In this document: positions 1-7,640 of the stretch, in pieces | Position numbering within the stretch: the first letter of the stretch is position 1 | How the letters are laid out: every line of letters starts with the position of its first letter | Source: Chloroflexota bacterium | GTDB lineage: Bacteria > Chloroflexota > Ktedonobacteria > Ktedonobacterales > JACDGC01 | Length of the DNA stretch: 32,000 bases | Direction of reading: 5' to 3' | Assembly (NCBI GenBank): GCA_021778805.1 | Contig: JAJYBV010000003.1 | Location: 48,542 to 80,541, forward strand | The notes under the pieces: generated by a model | Seen by the model: only the letters and a program-made list of their open reading frames with translations | Told to the model about the DNA's origin: nothing | Databases searched by the model: none | Translations under genes and position numbers: made by a program

Positions 1-108
1 TGCGCTTGGGATTTCTCCGCGGGATATACCTACCTGAACAACGGCGATGTATTCGAAATTCAAACCGAATACAGCAACGCTACCAGTTCCTGCGTCAATT
101 CTTATTAA
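1..108 (+). CDS. 3' end (last 35 codons plus stop) of an upstream tandem paralog of the 592..1551 secreted protein; gene start lies outside the window
   Basis: Frame 1 reads CAWDFSAGYTYLNNGDVFEIQTEYSNATSSCVNSY*, near-identical in nucleotides and protein to 1444..1551. Confidence 0.8.
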   Translation, partial: CAWDFSAGYTYLNNGDVFEIQTEYSNATSSCVNSY

Positions 109-331
109 TCGGTACCTATACCGACTGATAAACTGGGTTTAGCCAGTTAGATTTTTTCATCTCAACTCAACAAGCCGACGGCGTTTCAGTATAAACAATA
201 TAACATGAATACGCCGCCGGTCTTGCTCCAAATTTTGAGTGAAATACATTTTACAACTGCGCAATATTTCAAACCCCTAAATATGTTTTTACAGAAATAT
301 ATATCTCATTTTTTAAAATATCAAAAAACTA

Positions 332-360
332 TTGACTTTAAAGTTAAAATAGTGTAAAAT
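332..360 (+). promoter_or_regulatory. sigma70-type promoter candidate for the secreted-protein gene
   Basis: TTGACT (332-337), 17-nt spacer, TAAAAT (355-360) in AT-rich intergenic DNA; implies a ~225-nt 5' UTR before ATG 592. Confidence 0.5.
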
Positions 361-591
361 CGTGATATTGCTGTTACATATATGCGCAGCAAAAATTTTT
401 ACAAAGGAGTTACAAAGATCTTGCGTCCGTATGCAAAACAAGATACAAACTGATGTGATTTATGTATTTCTTGCCGAATCTCCGGTATTGCAAAAGACGC
501 AGAAAAATGGATGTGGTACAGGTGCAGCAAGACGCTTTCCCAGCAAAGACGAAAATCAGCAAAAACAATCAAGAACTATGGAGATTTCAAG

Positions 592-1551
592 ATGTTTCTT
601 AACTTTCGCCGAATGCTGCAAATTTTAGGCGGCATTACTCTCATTGCGCTTATTCTGCCCATGGCGGCATTTGCCCATTCCGCGCCGGCAACTCACTCAA
701 ATGGCTCTAATACCCATCATTACAATACGCACATTGTTTTGTATCCAACAATTCAGCAAGTACAACGCGAAAAAAAAAGTAACCGCTTTGCCGTTCAAGG
801 CTCCGGAGATCTTTCGTATTATGGCGGCCCTGTGCAGGAAACTCCGGTCAGCTATATCATATTCTGGGGTTCAAGCTGGCTGACCAAGACTGGAGCCTTA
901 AACCCTACCGGCCAAATTGTAAAAAAATATTTGGTTGATATGGGTGGCACTTCTTTCGATAATATTTTAACCCAATATTATGACTACAATACGAATATTG
1001 CAAACTCCAGCGTTGTAAAGGGAACTTGGGTTGATAAATCATATCCCGCTTATGATTATAGCTGCGGCGGCAAAACCGTTGAAGATTCATCAATTCAAAA
1101 CGAAGTTACCAAGGCCATCTCTGCAAATCATTGGGCATCAGACGGCTCAAACGCAACCTATTTTGTGTATACACCAAATGGTTATTATGTGAATGATGGC
1201 GCCGGTGACTGCTCAATGCAAGTTTTCTGCGCATATCATAACTATTCTAACTCCGGTCTTTCCTATGGCGCTATGCCCTATCCCATCAATCTTTCAGCTT
1301 GCGGCGTTCCCAGCTCTCCAAATGGCAACAGAGCAGGAGACAGCCTCGCCAGCGTTACATCGCACGAACAATTTGAAGCTATTACTGATCCTCAGCCCGG
1401 CAGTGGTTGGGTAGATAATGCAGGCTACGAAATTGGCGATAAATGCGCTTGGGATTTCTCCGCGGGATATACCTACCTGAACAACGGCGGCGTGTTTGAA
1501 ATTCAAACCGAATACAGCAACGCTACCAGTTCCTGCGTCAATTCTTACTAA
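592..1551 (+). CDS. secreted protein of unknown function (signal peptide), second copy of a tandem pair
   Basis: ORF track 511..1551. Internal ATG 592 is preceded by GGAG (581-584) and opens a signal-peptide-like N-terminus MFLNFRRMLQILGGITLIALILPMAAFA. C-terminal 35 residues are repeated at 1..108. Family not recognised with confidence. Confidence 0.8.
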   Translation: MFLNFRRMLQILGGITLIALILPMAAFAHSAPATHSNGSNTHHYNTHIVLYPTIQQVQREKKSNRFAVQGSGDLSYYGGPVQETPVSYIIFWGSSWLTKTGALNPTGQIVKKYLVDMGGTSFDNILTQYYDYNTNIANSSVVKGTWVDKSYPAYDYSCGGKTVEDSSIQNEVTKAISANHWASDGSNATYFVYTPNGYYVNDGAGDCSMQVFCAYHNYSNSGLSYGAMPYPINLSACGVPSSPNGNRAGDSLASVTSHEQFEAITDPQPGSGWVDNAGYEIGDKCAWDFSAGYTYLNNGGVFEIQTEYSNATSSCVNSY

Positions 1552-1906
1552 CCTTAGCTTTTTTGAGTTTGCTGGTTCTCAGAATAAAAACCAGCTTCCG
1601 CGAGGATTTCCGGCATTTTCAGCAATTTTCTCCCTCTTCCAAAACACGCATTCTCAGTTTATCGCCACACATCTACATAAATTAAGATTTATCTATGCCC
1701 TGCCGATTAAGGTTTGTATAACAAGTCACTTTGAACTGCTTAGTCGTATTTTGAGATAAATCTGCGCTTTCATGTCAATTTCCAATTTAGCTCCAAATTC
1801 AGCGGAAATGAGTTACGGAAGCGCCGATTCAAAAGACTTGTTTAAATTGAACAAAAAAAATACGTAAATTTTGGCGCAAATTGCCCAGAAAATCACTCTG
1901 TTTAGA

Positions 1907-1914
1907 TGTATAAT
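1907..1914 (+). promoter_or_regulatory. extended -10 promoter candidate upstream of the aminotransferase gene
   Basis: TGTATAAT at 1907-1914, about 130 nt upstream of ATG 2045; no convincing -35. Confidence 0.35.
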
Positions 1915-2044
1915 ATGAATGGAACGCTAATGCCGCCAATCTGGCTGCTTGATTTTAATGTGTCAGTTGACAATGCGGCGCGTTACTTCTCTTTAACGCA
2001 AAAGAGAATTTACCCGACAACGCAGTCGTCTTAGAAAGGGAACC

Positions 2045-3016
2045 ATGAAAGCTCAATTTGTCAATATTAATGGGGAAATTATTCCCGAAGCGGAAGGCAG
2101 TGTTAAAATTTTAACGCATGGTCTTTCTTATGGAACGGGTTGTTTTGAAGGTATCCGCGGCTACTGGAATCCAGACACGCAAGATATTTATCTTTTCAGA
2201 ATTCGCGAACACTTTGAAAGACTCCATGATTCCTGCCGTATCCTGAATATTAAATTACCCTACTCACCGGAAGAGCTAGTTGCGCAAACAATCGAACTGA
2301 TTAAGCGCAATGGGTGGAAAGAAAATATTTATATTCGGCCGATGGCTTTTAAAAGCGATGAAATCATCGGCGTAAAACTGCATGATCTCCAAGACAAATA
2401 TTATATCGTCACAACACCAATGGGTGATTATATTTCAACCGTCGGCATTAAATGCGGAGTTTCTTCGTGGCGCAGAATCGATGATAATATGATACCGGCG
2501 CGCGCAAAAGTAACCGGTGGATATGTAAATTCTGCGTTGGCCAAAACTGAAGCAAATTTAAACGGATTCGATGAAGCTATCATGCTGAATCACGATGGGC
2601 ATGTTTCCGAGGGCAGCAGTGAAAATATCTTTTTAGCAATCAACGGAGAGTTGCATACACCTGCCGCAACCGAAAATATTCTGCTTGGCATTACCCGCGA
2701 CACAATCATAAAGCTGGCGCGGCGTGAATTGGATATGATCACTCGCGAACGGCAAATCGATCGCACCGAATTATATATCGCTAAAGAAATTTTCCTGTGC
2801 GGCACCGGCGCCCAAATCGCACCGGTTGTTGAAGTAGATCACCGGCCGATTGGGACAGGTGGCATTGGCCCGATATCCGAGAAAATTTCAAACTTATATG
2901 GTCAGATTGTCCGCGGTTATCGCCCAGAGTATATGGACTGGCTAACCCCAGTATATGGCTCGGCGCAAAAAAACTTGAAGAAAAAAGCCGCGTCTGTTTC
3001 ATCAGTAAATAAATAG
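2045..3016 (+). CDS. ilvE: branched-chain amino acid aminotransferase (class IV PLP-dependent aminotransferase)
   Basis: 323-aa ORF with typical BCAT N-terminus (GLSYGTGCFEGIRGYW), internal ...RAKVTGGYVNSALAKTEA... and ...EGSSENIFL... blocks; RBS-like GAAAGGGA before ATG. Confidence 0.9.
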   Translation: MKAQFVNINGEIIPEAEGSVKILTHGLSYGTGCFEGIRGYWNPDTQDIYLFRIREHFERLHDSCRILNIKLPYSPEELVAQTIELIKRNGWKENIYIRPMAFKSDEIIGVKLHDLQDKYYIVTTPMGDYISTVGIKCGVSSWRRIDDNMIPARAKVTGGYVNSALAKTEANLNGFDEAIMLNHDGHVSEGSSENIFLAINGELHTPAATENILLGITRDTIIKLARRELDMITRERQIDRTELYIAKEIFLCGTGAQIAPVVEVDHRPIGTGGIGPISEKISNLYGQIVRGYRPEYMDWLTPVYGSAQKNLKKKAASVSSVNK

Positions 3017-3047
3017 CATTTATTTACGCAGTTTCCATTATCAAAAA

Positions 3048-3082
3048 GCGCCTGTGGCAATTGCCGCGGGCGTTTTATTTTT
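3048..3082 (+). terminator. rho-independent terminator of the aminotransferase gene
   Basis: GC hairpin GCGCCTGTGGCAATTGCCGCGGGCG followed by TTTTATTTTT, about 30 nt after the stop codon. Confidence 0.6.
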
Positions 3083-3240
3083 ACTATATTTTTTAACGCT
3101 GCGTTATTTTTGCGCATACAATTGGCGGCTATCATTGTGAAGATCTGTATTGTGTTCCCGAAATGGCGTTCAAAAATAGTGGGAGTATTTTAGAAGAAAA
3201 TTAGAAAAGGGCGGATGAGTTTTTTTGAAGATAAAAGGGG

Positions 3241-3288
3241 CGTGCTCGAGAGGATTCGAACCTCCGGCCTTTGGTTCCGCAAACCAAT
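3241..3288 (-). tRNA. 5'-truncated tRNA (3' two thirds only), Arg-type anticodon GCG; probable att-site remnant rather than a functional gene
   Basis: Minus strand reads TTGGT-TTGCGGA-ACCAA (anticodon arm), AGGCC (variable loop), GGAGG-TTCGAAT-CCTCT (T arm), CGAGCAC-G (acceptor 3' strand plus discriminator). No matching GTGCTCG 5' acceptor strand or D arm upstream (3289-3330). Confidence 0.6.
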
Positions 3289-3426
3289 AAGATACCTGCA
3301 CACCAGTGAAAAATACCCTATTCTCCCGCATGTATCTGCTTCTAATCTGCATAGCCATGCGCGGGATATTCCGTTTGCGCATATCCTACGTCGTCAAAAT
3401 CGTCGTCAACAAGGAGTTTGTGCCCT

Positions 3427-4398
3427 ATGAAACTCCCTTGGCTCCGTCTCTATACCGAAGCGCGCACCGACCTTAAATTGCGCCGACTCTCTAATGATGA
3501 ATTCCGCGTCTGGTTCAATTTGCTCTGCTACGCCGCTGAACGCGGCGATGGCGGCGTTATCCTTTTTGAAGAGGTAACGCCTTGTAACGCCATGAAACAC
3601 CCTGTAACACCCTGTAACAATGACCATCTGCATTTGCTTTCCATCGAATGCGCAGATGGCGATACCGATCTTTTAGACCGCACGTTGCATTCTTTAGTCG
3701 CCCTCCATATCATCGAATATGATGACTCTGAGATCGCTTTTATTCACTTTCAAGAACGCCAGTACGATAAACCGTCTGACTACCCCAGCGCTGTGAAAGA
3801 GCGCGTTCAACGCCATCGCGCTGCGCGTAAAGATACCACCGATGCGACCAGTAACACCATGAAACGCGATGAAACGCCAAAAAACGCAGAGATAAGAATA
3901 GATAAGATAAGAATAGATAATAATATTGCGCATTTTGCTAACGCAAAAAATGCGCAGGATGATTCTTCTTCTCAAATGCCAAATTCACATGAACCTATCC
4001 CCTTCGCGCCGAAACGAAAACCAGACGAATTTTGGGATACCTATGTCCAATTGCTGAATCATGGCCCTTCTATCTCCAAACGACTAGCTTGGGTAAAAGC
4101 CTTTAGCGAAATGAAACAAATGGGCGCAACCATCGAAGACGTGCGGAAACGCTTTGAAAATTATCGCTTGTGGTACCCAAACAAACCTCCGCCTTCTCCC
4201 TCCGCCCTCGCCGGCCAGTGGGAAGATTGCATGCGCCCCCCAACCTCTTTAGTGGCGCAAAAATCACCAAAATATGAGGACCTAACCTATGAAGAGCAGC
4301 TTGAACATAACAGACTCCGCGCACAAGAACAACGCAATCGCTCTGAAGAAAAACGCCGCCTCTTGCGTGAAGCCGGCTTCCTTACGGCTCACGATTGA
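3427..4398 (+). CDS. phage replication organizer-like protein (replisome organizer / DnaD-like N-terminal region)
   Basis: ATG 3427 has AAGGAG 10 nt upstream. N-terminus MKLPWLRLYTEARTDLKLRRLSNDEFRVWFNLLCYAAERGDGG resembles phage replisome-organizer N-domains. The gene contains iterons and an AT-rich repeat internally. Confidence 0.55.
   Translation: MKLPWLRLYTEARTDLKLRRLSNDEFRVWFNLLCYAAERGDGGVILFEEVTPCNAMKHPVTPCNNDHLHLLSIECADGDTDLLDRTLHSLVALHIIEYDDSEIAFIHFQERQYDKPSDYPSAVKERVQRHRAARKDTTDATSNTMKRDETPKNAEIRIDKIRIDNNIAHFANAKNAQDDSSSQMPNSHEPIPFAPKRKPDEFWDTYVQLLNHGPSISKRLAWVKAFSEMKQMGATIEDVRKRFENYRLWYPNKPPPSPSALAGQWEDCMRPPTSLVAQKSPKYEDLTYEEQLEHNRLRAQEQRNRSEEKRRLLREAGFLTAHD
3573..3618 (+). repeat. 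iteron cluster 1: 4.5 tandem 10-bp units TGTAAC(G/A)CCN
   Basis: GGTAACGCCT TGTAACGCCA TGAAACACCC TGTAACACCC TGTAAC read directly from the sequence, inside the replication gene. Confidence 0.7.
3850..3879 (+). repeat. iteron cluster 2: three related 10-bp units
   Basis: AGTAACACCA TGAAACGCGA TGAAACGCCA, same family and period as cluster 1. Confidence 0.6.
3891..3920 (+). repeat. perfect tandem duplication of a 15-nt AT-rich unit (GATAAGAATAGATAA x2)
   Basis: 3891-3905 is identical to 3906-3920. It is the most AT-rich stretch of the gene and lies directly after iteron cluster 2. Confidence 0.8.
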
Positions 4399-4687
4399 TG
4401 GGCTGCCTGCCGACCGCACCCTGTGCATTACCTGCTACGGCGCCGGCAAACTGAATACCCATGAAGTCTGCGCCATGTGCAATGGCTCTGGGCGCGTGTG
4501 CCCCGGCTGCCATGGCATGCGTTACGTCAATAATACCAATATCGCCGTCGGCGCCAGAGACCGCGTGTGCAAATGCGCCGGCTGCCACGAACATAATAGT
4601 CTGAATGTGCAAAAGGAATTTGCCCTCATTCGCGCCTACTTGCTTGCTCATCCAGAGTTTTTACCAGAACAGGAGAATCTTGTATGA
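4289..4687 (+). CDS. DnaJ-type cysteine-rich zinc-finger protein
   Basis: Four CxxCxGxG-like motifs (CITCYGAG, CAMCNGSG, CPGCHGMR, CKCAGCHE). ATG 4289 is preceded by GAGGA at 8 nt but overlaps the upstream gene by 110 nt, so the start is uncertain. Confidence 0.6.
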   Translation: MKSSLNITDSAHKNNAIALKKNAASCVKPASLRLTIDGLPADRTLCITCYGAGKLNTHEVCAMCNGSGRVCPGCHGMRYVNNTNIAVGARDRVCKCAGCHEHNSLNVQKEFALIRAYLLAHPEFLPEQENLV

Positions 4688-5112
4688 ACCATCCAACCGA
4701 CTTGCAATTTATTCCCGACCAAAACCTTACACCAGCCGAACACACAAACTATTTGCGCCGCTTTCATAAAGGCGAAGATGTATACGCTTATTTCAATGGC
4801 TCTTTTTGGAATATTTGGGACGTTACTATCCGTATTCCCATTTGTCCCGTTGCGCAGCGCGTTTGGCGCATTTGGGCGCCCGTCATCAATCAATCAGAGC
4901 AATCAGCAGATCAGCCAAAAGTTTCCATTGTTTTGGCTAAGCCGTATTTCTCTGCGCTGCAAACCGCCGAAGCAATCGCTGATATTTCCATCTATTGCCA
5001 TTGCGCGAATGACCCCGTTAAGCTGGGAAAACAATTGTTTGCGCTGGAAAATTGGCTAAACTTGCAGCAGGATGAACCAGCGCGTTGGGATGGCGCTTGG
5101 ATTGAATTTTAA
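4684..5112 (+). CDS. hypothetical phage protein
   Basis: 142-aa ORF, ATGA start/stop overlap with the upstream gene; contains copy 1 of the 107-bp repeat in frame. Confidence 0.6.
   Translation: MNHPTDLQFIPDQNLTPAEHTNYLRRFHKGEDVYAYFNGSFWNIWDVTIRIPICPVAQRVWRIWAPVINQSEQSADQPKVSIVLAKPYFSALQTAEAIADISIYCHCANDPVKLGKQLFALENWLNLQQDEPARWDGAWIEF
4854..4960 (+). repeat. 107-bp perfect direct repeat, copy 1
   Basis: GCAGCGCGTTTGGCGCATTTGGGCGCCCGTCATCAATCAATCAGAGC...TTTCTCTGCGCTGC identical to 5128-5234. Confidence 0.95.
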
Positions 5113-5293
5113 ACCAAAACCGCCGCAGCAGCGCGTTTGGCGCATTTGGGCGCCCGTCATCAATCAATCAGAGCAATCAGCAGATCAGCCAAAAGTTTCC
5201 ATTGTTTTGGCTAAGCCGTATTTCTCTGCGCTGCTCACGCCGAAGTGTATGTGTGGCGTCCAGATGACTGGGATGCGCTTGTGCAGATTTTGA
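5072..5293 (+). pseudogene. partial duplicate of the 4684..5112 gene (possibly a non-functional remnant)
   Basis: 73-aa ORF whose centre (QRVWRIWAPVINQSEQSADQPKVSIVLAKPYFSAL) is the translated second copy of the 107-bp repeat; overlaps the end of the preceding gene. Confidence 0.35.
5128..5234 (+). repeat. 107-bp perfect direct repeat, copy 2
   Basis: Identical to 4854-4960; offset 274 nt. Confidence 0.95.
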
Positions 5294-5331
5294 GCGCCCA
5301 CAGACCGTAGCTGGTAAACATGAAAATGGCG

Positions 5332-5388
5332 TGTACGTTTCAGCCCCGAAACGTACATACCGCTGTATGCTCTGTACGCAAACGTACA
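5332..5388 (+). promoter_or_regulatory. pair of palindromic operator-like sites TGTACG-N-CGTACA in the intergenic region upstream of the packaging genes
   Basis: TGTACGTTTC-AGCCCC-GAAACGTACA (5332-5357) and TGTACG-CAAA-CGTACA (5373-5388). Also direct repeat CCAAAACAGCG x2 at about 5397 and 5421. Confidence 0.45.
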
Positions 5389-5513
5389 CACCTAAAACCA
5401 AAACAGCGTATTAGTCACCAAAACAGCGCCGGGTAAAAGAAGTATAAAAATAGCACAGAAGTACCATATTTTATGGATAATTTTGTATACTACAGAAAAC
5501 ATATTTTAGTAGC

Positions 5514-5548
5514 AGCGCCGGCCTTTCGAGGGCGGTGAGGATGGAAAT
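5514..5548 (+). repeat. solitary CRISPR-repeat-like unit A (most diverged copy)
   Basis: AGCGCCGGCCTTTCGAGGGCGGTGAGGATGGAAAT; GC hairpin plus GAGGATGGAAAT tail. Confidence 0.6.
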
Positions 5549-5789
5549 ATTGACAGCGAAGATGGATAAACGGCATGTGAAATATGCCTTACGCCTGCAA
5601 CAGCGCAGCTTAGCAGCCATTGAAACGCTGTTTGCAGAAGGAAGAATTAACGCAGCAGCTGCGGTTGCCATGATGCGGCTGGCCGTGGATATGGAACGGC
5701 GCATTGGCGCGACAGAACAGCAAGAACATACAGCGCCGCAAATCGTCATTCGCATTGAATATGTGAATGACTGGCGGCATGAAGCGTAG
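5541..5789 (+). CDS. small phage protein upstream of terminase large subunit (possible small terminase subunit by position only)
   Basis: ORF track 5535..5789. ATG at 5541 or 5562. The ORF is bracketed by repeat-like units A and B. Confidence 0.45.
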   Translation: MEILTAKMDKRHVKYALRLQQRSLAAIETLFAEGRINAAAAVAMMRLAVDMERRIGATEQQEHTAPQIVIRIEYVNDWRHEA

Positions 5790-5822
5790 CGCCGGCCTTT
5801 CGGGGCCGGCGAGGGTTGAAAC
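5788..5822 (+). repeat. solitary CRISPR-repeat-like unit B
   Basis: AGCGCCGGCCTTTCGGGGCCGGCGAGGGTTGAAAC; perfect 8-bp stem CGCCGGCC/GGCCGGCG; begins inside the TAG stop of the preceding ORF. Confidence 0.65.
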
Positions 5823-5862
5823 AAAAAAATAAACAAGCAAACAAATAAACAAACAAACAACT

Positions 5863-7179
5863 ATGGCCGAATTGAACATTAAGCTGCCCGCGCCACACCC
5901 CGGGCAACAAGCCGTGCGCACCCAAATGCGCCGCTTTAACTGGCTTTCCGCCGGCCGGCGCTGGCGCAAAACCACCTTGTTCATGGCCATCGCTGTGGAA
6001 GATGTGCTGGCCGGCTATACCGACTTGTGGGGCGCCCCCACCTATGACCAGGTGATGATCGGCTGGGAAGAAATGCGCCGCGCCGTTGGCGGTGTGTTTC
6101 AATTTAATAAAACGGAAAAAACGGCCAAAGGCCCTACCGGCGGTAAATTATTATTCCGCAGTTTGGACGATCCAGAAAACGCCCGCGGCCACACCGTTAC
6201 CGGCCGCGCATTTTTCGATGAAACCGCCGATATTCCCGAACGCGCCTGGAATGAAATTATCCGCCCGATGCTCATGGATTCAGGCGCCGGGCTGATGGCT
6301 GGCGGCACACCAAAAGGACGTAATTGGTTCTGGCGTGAATGGGTCGCCGCGCACGATAGAGCCGATAGCGCTGCATGGCAGGTTCCTACGCTGGGCGCCG
6401 AAATTATTGATGGCAAACTGTATCGCAAACCGCACCCCTACGAAAACCCGGATATCCGGTTTGATGAATTGCGGCAAATGTTTGATACCATGCCGGAACG
6501 AAGTTTTCGGCAAGAAATTCTGGCAGAATTTCTGGAAAACGCTGGAGGCGTCTTTCACTCCTTCAGCGCATGCGTAGGGGGGCGCTTGGTATCGGCGCCG
6601 CCTCACCCCCAAACCCGCTATTGCATGGGGGTAGATTTAGCAAAATATAACGACTATACCGTTTGCGTTGTGATGGATATGCAGCAGCGCGCCGTTGTCG
6701 CCTTTGAACGCTATAACCTTGCAGAATGGCCGCTGCAAAAAGCGCGGATCAGCGCGTTAGCCGCAAAATGGAATAACGCCGCCGTTTGGATGGACACCAC
6801 CGGTGTTGGGGACCCGATTTTTGATGACCTTGCCCGCGCCGGGCTGCGCATTACCGGCTATACCCTTACCGCGATTTCCAAACGCGAACTGATTGAAAAG
6901 CTGATTTTGCTGATGGAGCAGCAGCACATTACATTCCCGGATATTCCGGAATTGCTGCAGGAATTGGCCGCCTATGAATACGAACGGCTGCCCGCCGGAG
7001 GTTTGCGCATGACGGCGCCGCAGGGATTGCATGATGATTGCGTGATAGCCCTGGCCTTAGCGTGCTGGCCACTGGCCGTAAGCGGAACGCAAACCGCGCT
7101 GCCACAAGAATCTATTGAGCTGCTGCGCACCCAATACACCGATTTGCATAGCCGTTCCTTGCTGAAAAAAACATTTTAA
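5863..7179 (+). CDS. terL: terminase large subunit
   Basis: 438 aa; Walker A-like SAGRRWRKTT; ...FRSLDDPENARGHTVTGRAFFDETADIP... ATPase core; C-terminal RNaseH-like nuclease motifs (MGVDLAKYNDYTVCVVMD, HDDCVIALALA). Confidence 0.9.
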   Translation: MAELNIKLPAPHPGQQAVRTQMRRFNWLSAGRRWRKTTLFMAIAVEDVLAGYTDLWGAPTYDQVMIGWEEMRRAVGGVFQFNKTEKTAKGPTGGKLLFRSLDDPENARGHTVTGRAFFDETADIPERAWNEIIRPMLMDSGAGLMAGGTPKGRNWFWREWVAAHDRADSAAWQVPTLGAEIIDGKLYRKPHPYENPDIRFDELRQMFDTMPERSFRQEILAEFLENAGGVFHSFSACVGGRLVSAPPHPQTRYCMGVDLAKYNDYTVCVVMDMQQRAVVAFERYNLAEWPLQKARISALAAKWNNAAVWMDTTGVGDPIFDDLARAGLRITGYTLTAISKRELIEKLILLMEQQHITFPDIPELLQELAAYEYERLPAGGLRMTAPQGLHDDCVIALALACWPLAVSGTQTALPQESIELLRTQYTDLHSRSLLKKTF

Positions 7180-7213
7180 GCGCCGGCCTTTCGAGGCCAG
7201 TGAGGATTGAAAC
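7179..7213 (+). repeat. solitary CRISPR-repeat-like unit C
   Basis: AGCGCCGGCCTTTCGAGGCCAGTGAGGATTGAAAC; starts on the last base of the terL TAA stop. Confidence 0.65.
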
Positions 7214-7220
7214 AAAGAAA

Positions 7221-7604
7221 ATGGCAAATTTTGACTATCGCGGCAATGAACTGACCGCTTTTGGCCGCTTTACCGCCATTATCAGCGGCGGCGCATCGGG
7301 CGCAGCAGGCCAGCTTGTTCCCCCCGCAAGCTTGAATTCCACCGGCCCGCAACCTGCACAATTTTTAAGCGCCGGCGGAATCACCGGCGAACCCATGCGG
7401 CTGATAAAAATTATCATCGCCGCAGGCACTGGCAGCGTCAGCGTGTATGATACCATCAACGCCGCAGGCGCGGTTGCCGCCGCATTGCTGTTCAGCGTTG
7501 CAACCACATCTCCCGGCGCTGTATATGCGCTGGATGTTCCCACCAACACGGGATTATGGATAAGCGTTTCCGCAAATACCCAAATAACCGCTATTCTCAG
7601 CTAG
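7221..7604 (+). CDS. hypothetical phage structural-region protein
   Basis: ORF track 7200..7604; first ATG at 7221 (MANFDYRGNE...); Gly/Ala-rich, no recognisable family. Confidence 0.55.
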   Translation: MANFDYRGNELTAFGRFTAIISGGASGAAGQLVPPASLNSTGPQPAQFLSAGGITGEPMRLIKIIIAAGTGSVSVYDTINAAGAVAAALLFSVATTSPGAVYALDVPTNTGLWISVSANTQITAILS

Positions 7605-7640
7605 CTGCCTAAACCCAAGCCGAAGAAATGGAGCAACGGG

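Noticed and set aside
3237-3313. An intact tRNA-Arg gene
   Set aside because: The T arm, variable loop, anticodon arm and acceptor 3' strand are clear. However, no D arm or complementary 5' acceptor strand (GTGCTCG) exists in the next 40 nt, so it is called a fragment.
3215-3430. ORFs 3170..3382(-) and 3215..3430(+) spanning the tRNA fragment
   Set aside because: They overlap the tRNA-derived sequence and the host-phage boundary, and have no RBS or recognisable protein features.
5332-5357. Hairpin containing GTTTCAG....GAAAC as a fifth mimic of the CRISPR repeat termini
   Set aside because: Only 5-7 nt resemble the repeat ends. The stem is the TGTACG/CGTACA operator-like palindrome, which recurs without those bases at 5373-5388.
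4854-5822. Identical 274-nt offset for the 107-bp repeat pair and for repeat-like units A and B
   Set aside because: The intervening sequences are unrelated. It is treated as coincidence.
5471-6102. Minus-strand ORFs of 118-129 aa overlapping the terL start and units A/B
   Set aside because: They are antisense to well-supported genes and run through the A/C-rich leader (poly-Phe/Cys/Leu translation). They have no RBS.
7202-7206. GAGGA in the repeat-like units acting simply as the Shine-Dalgarno of downstream genes
   Set aside because: Distance to the next start codon is 14, about 35 and about 45 nt in copies C, D and B, and D is followed by its own SD. Conservation also covers the hairpin and the TTGAAAC tail.
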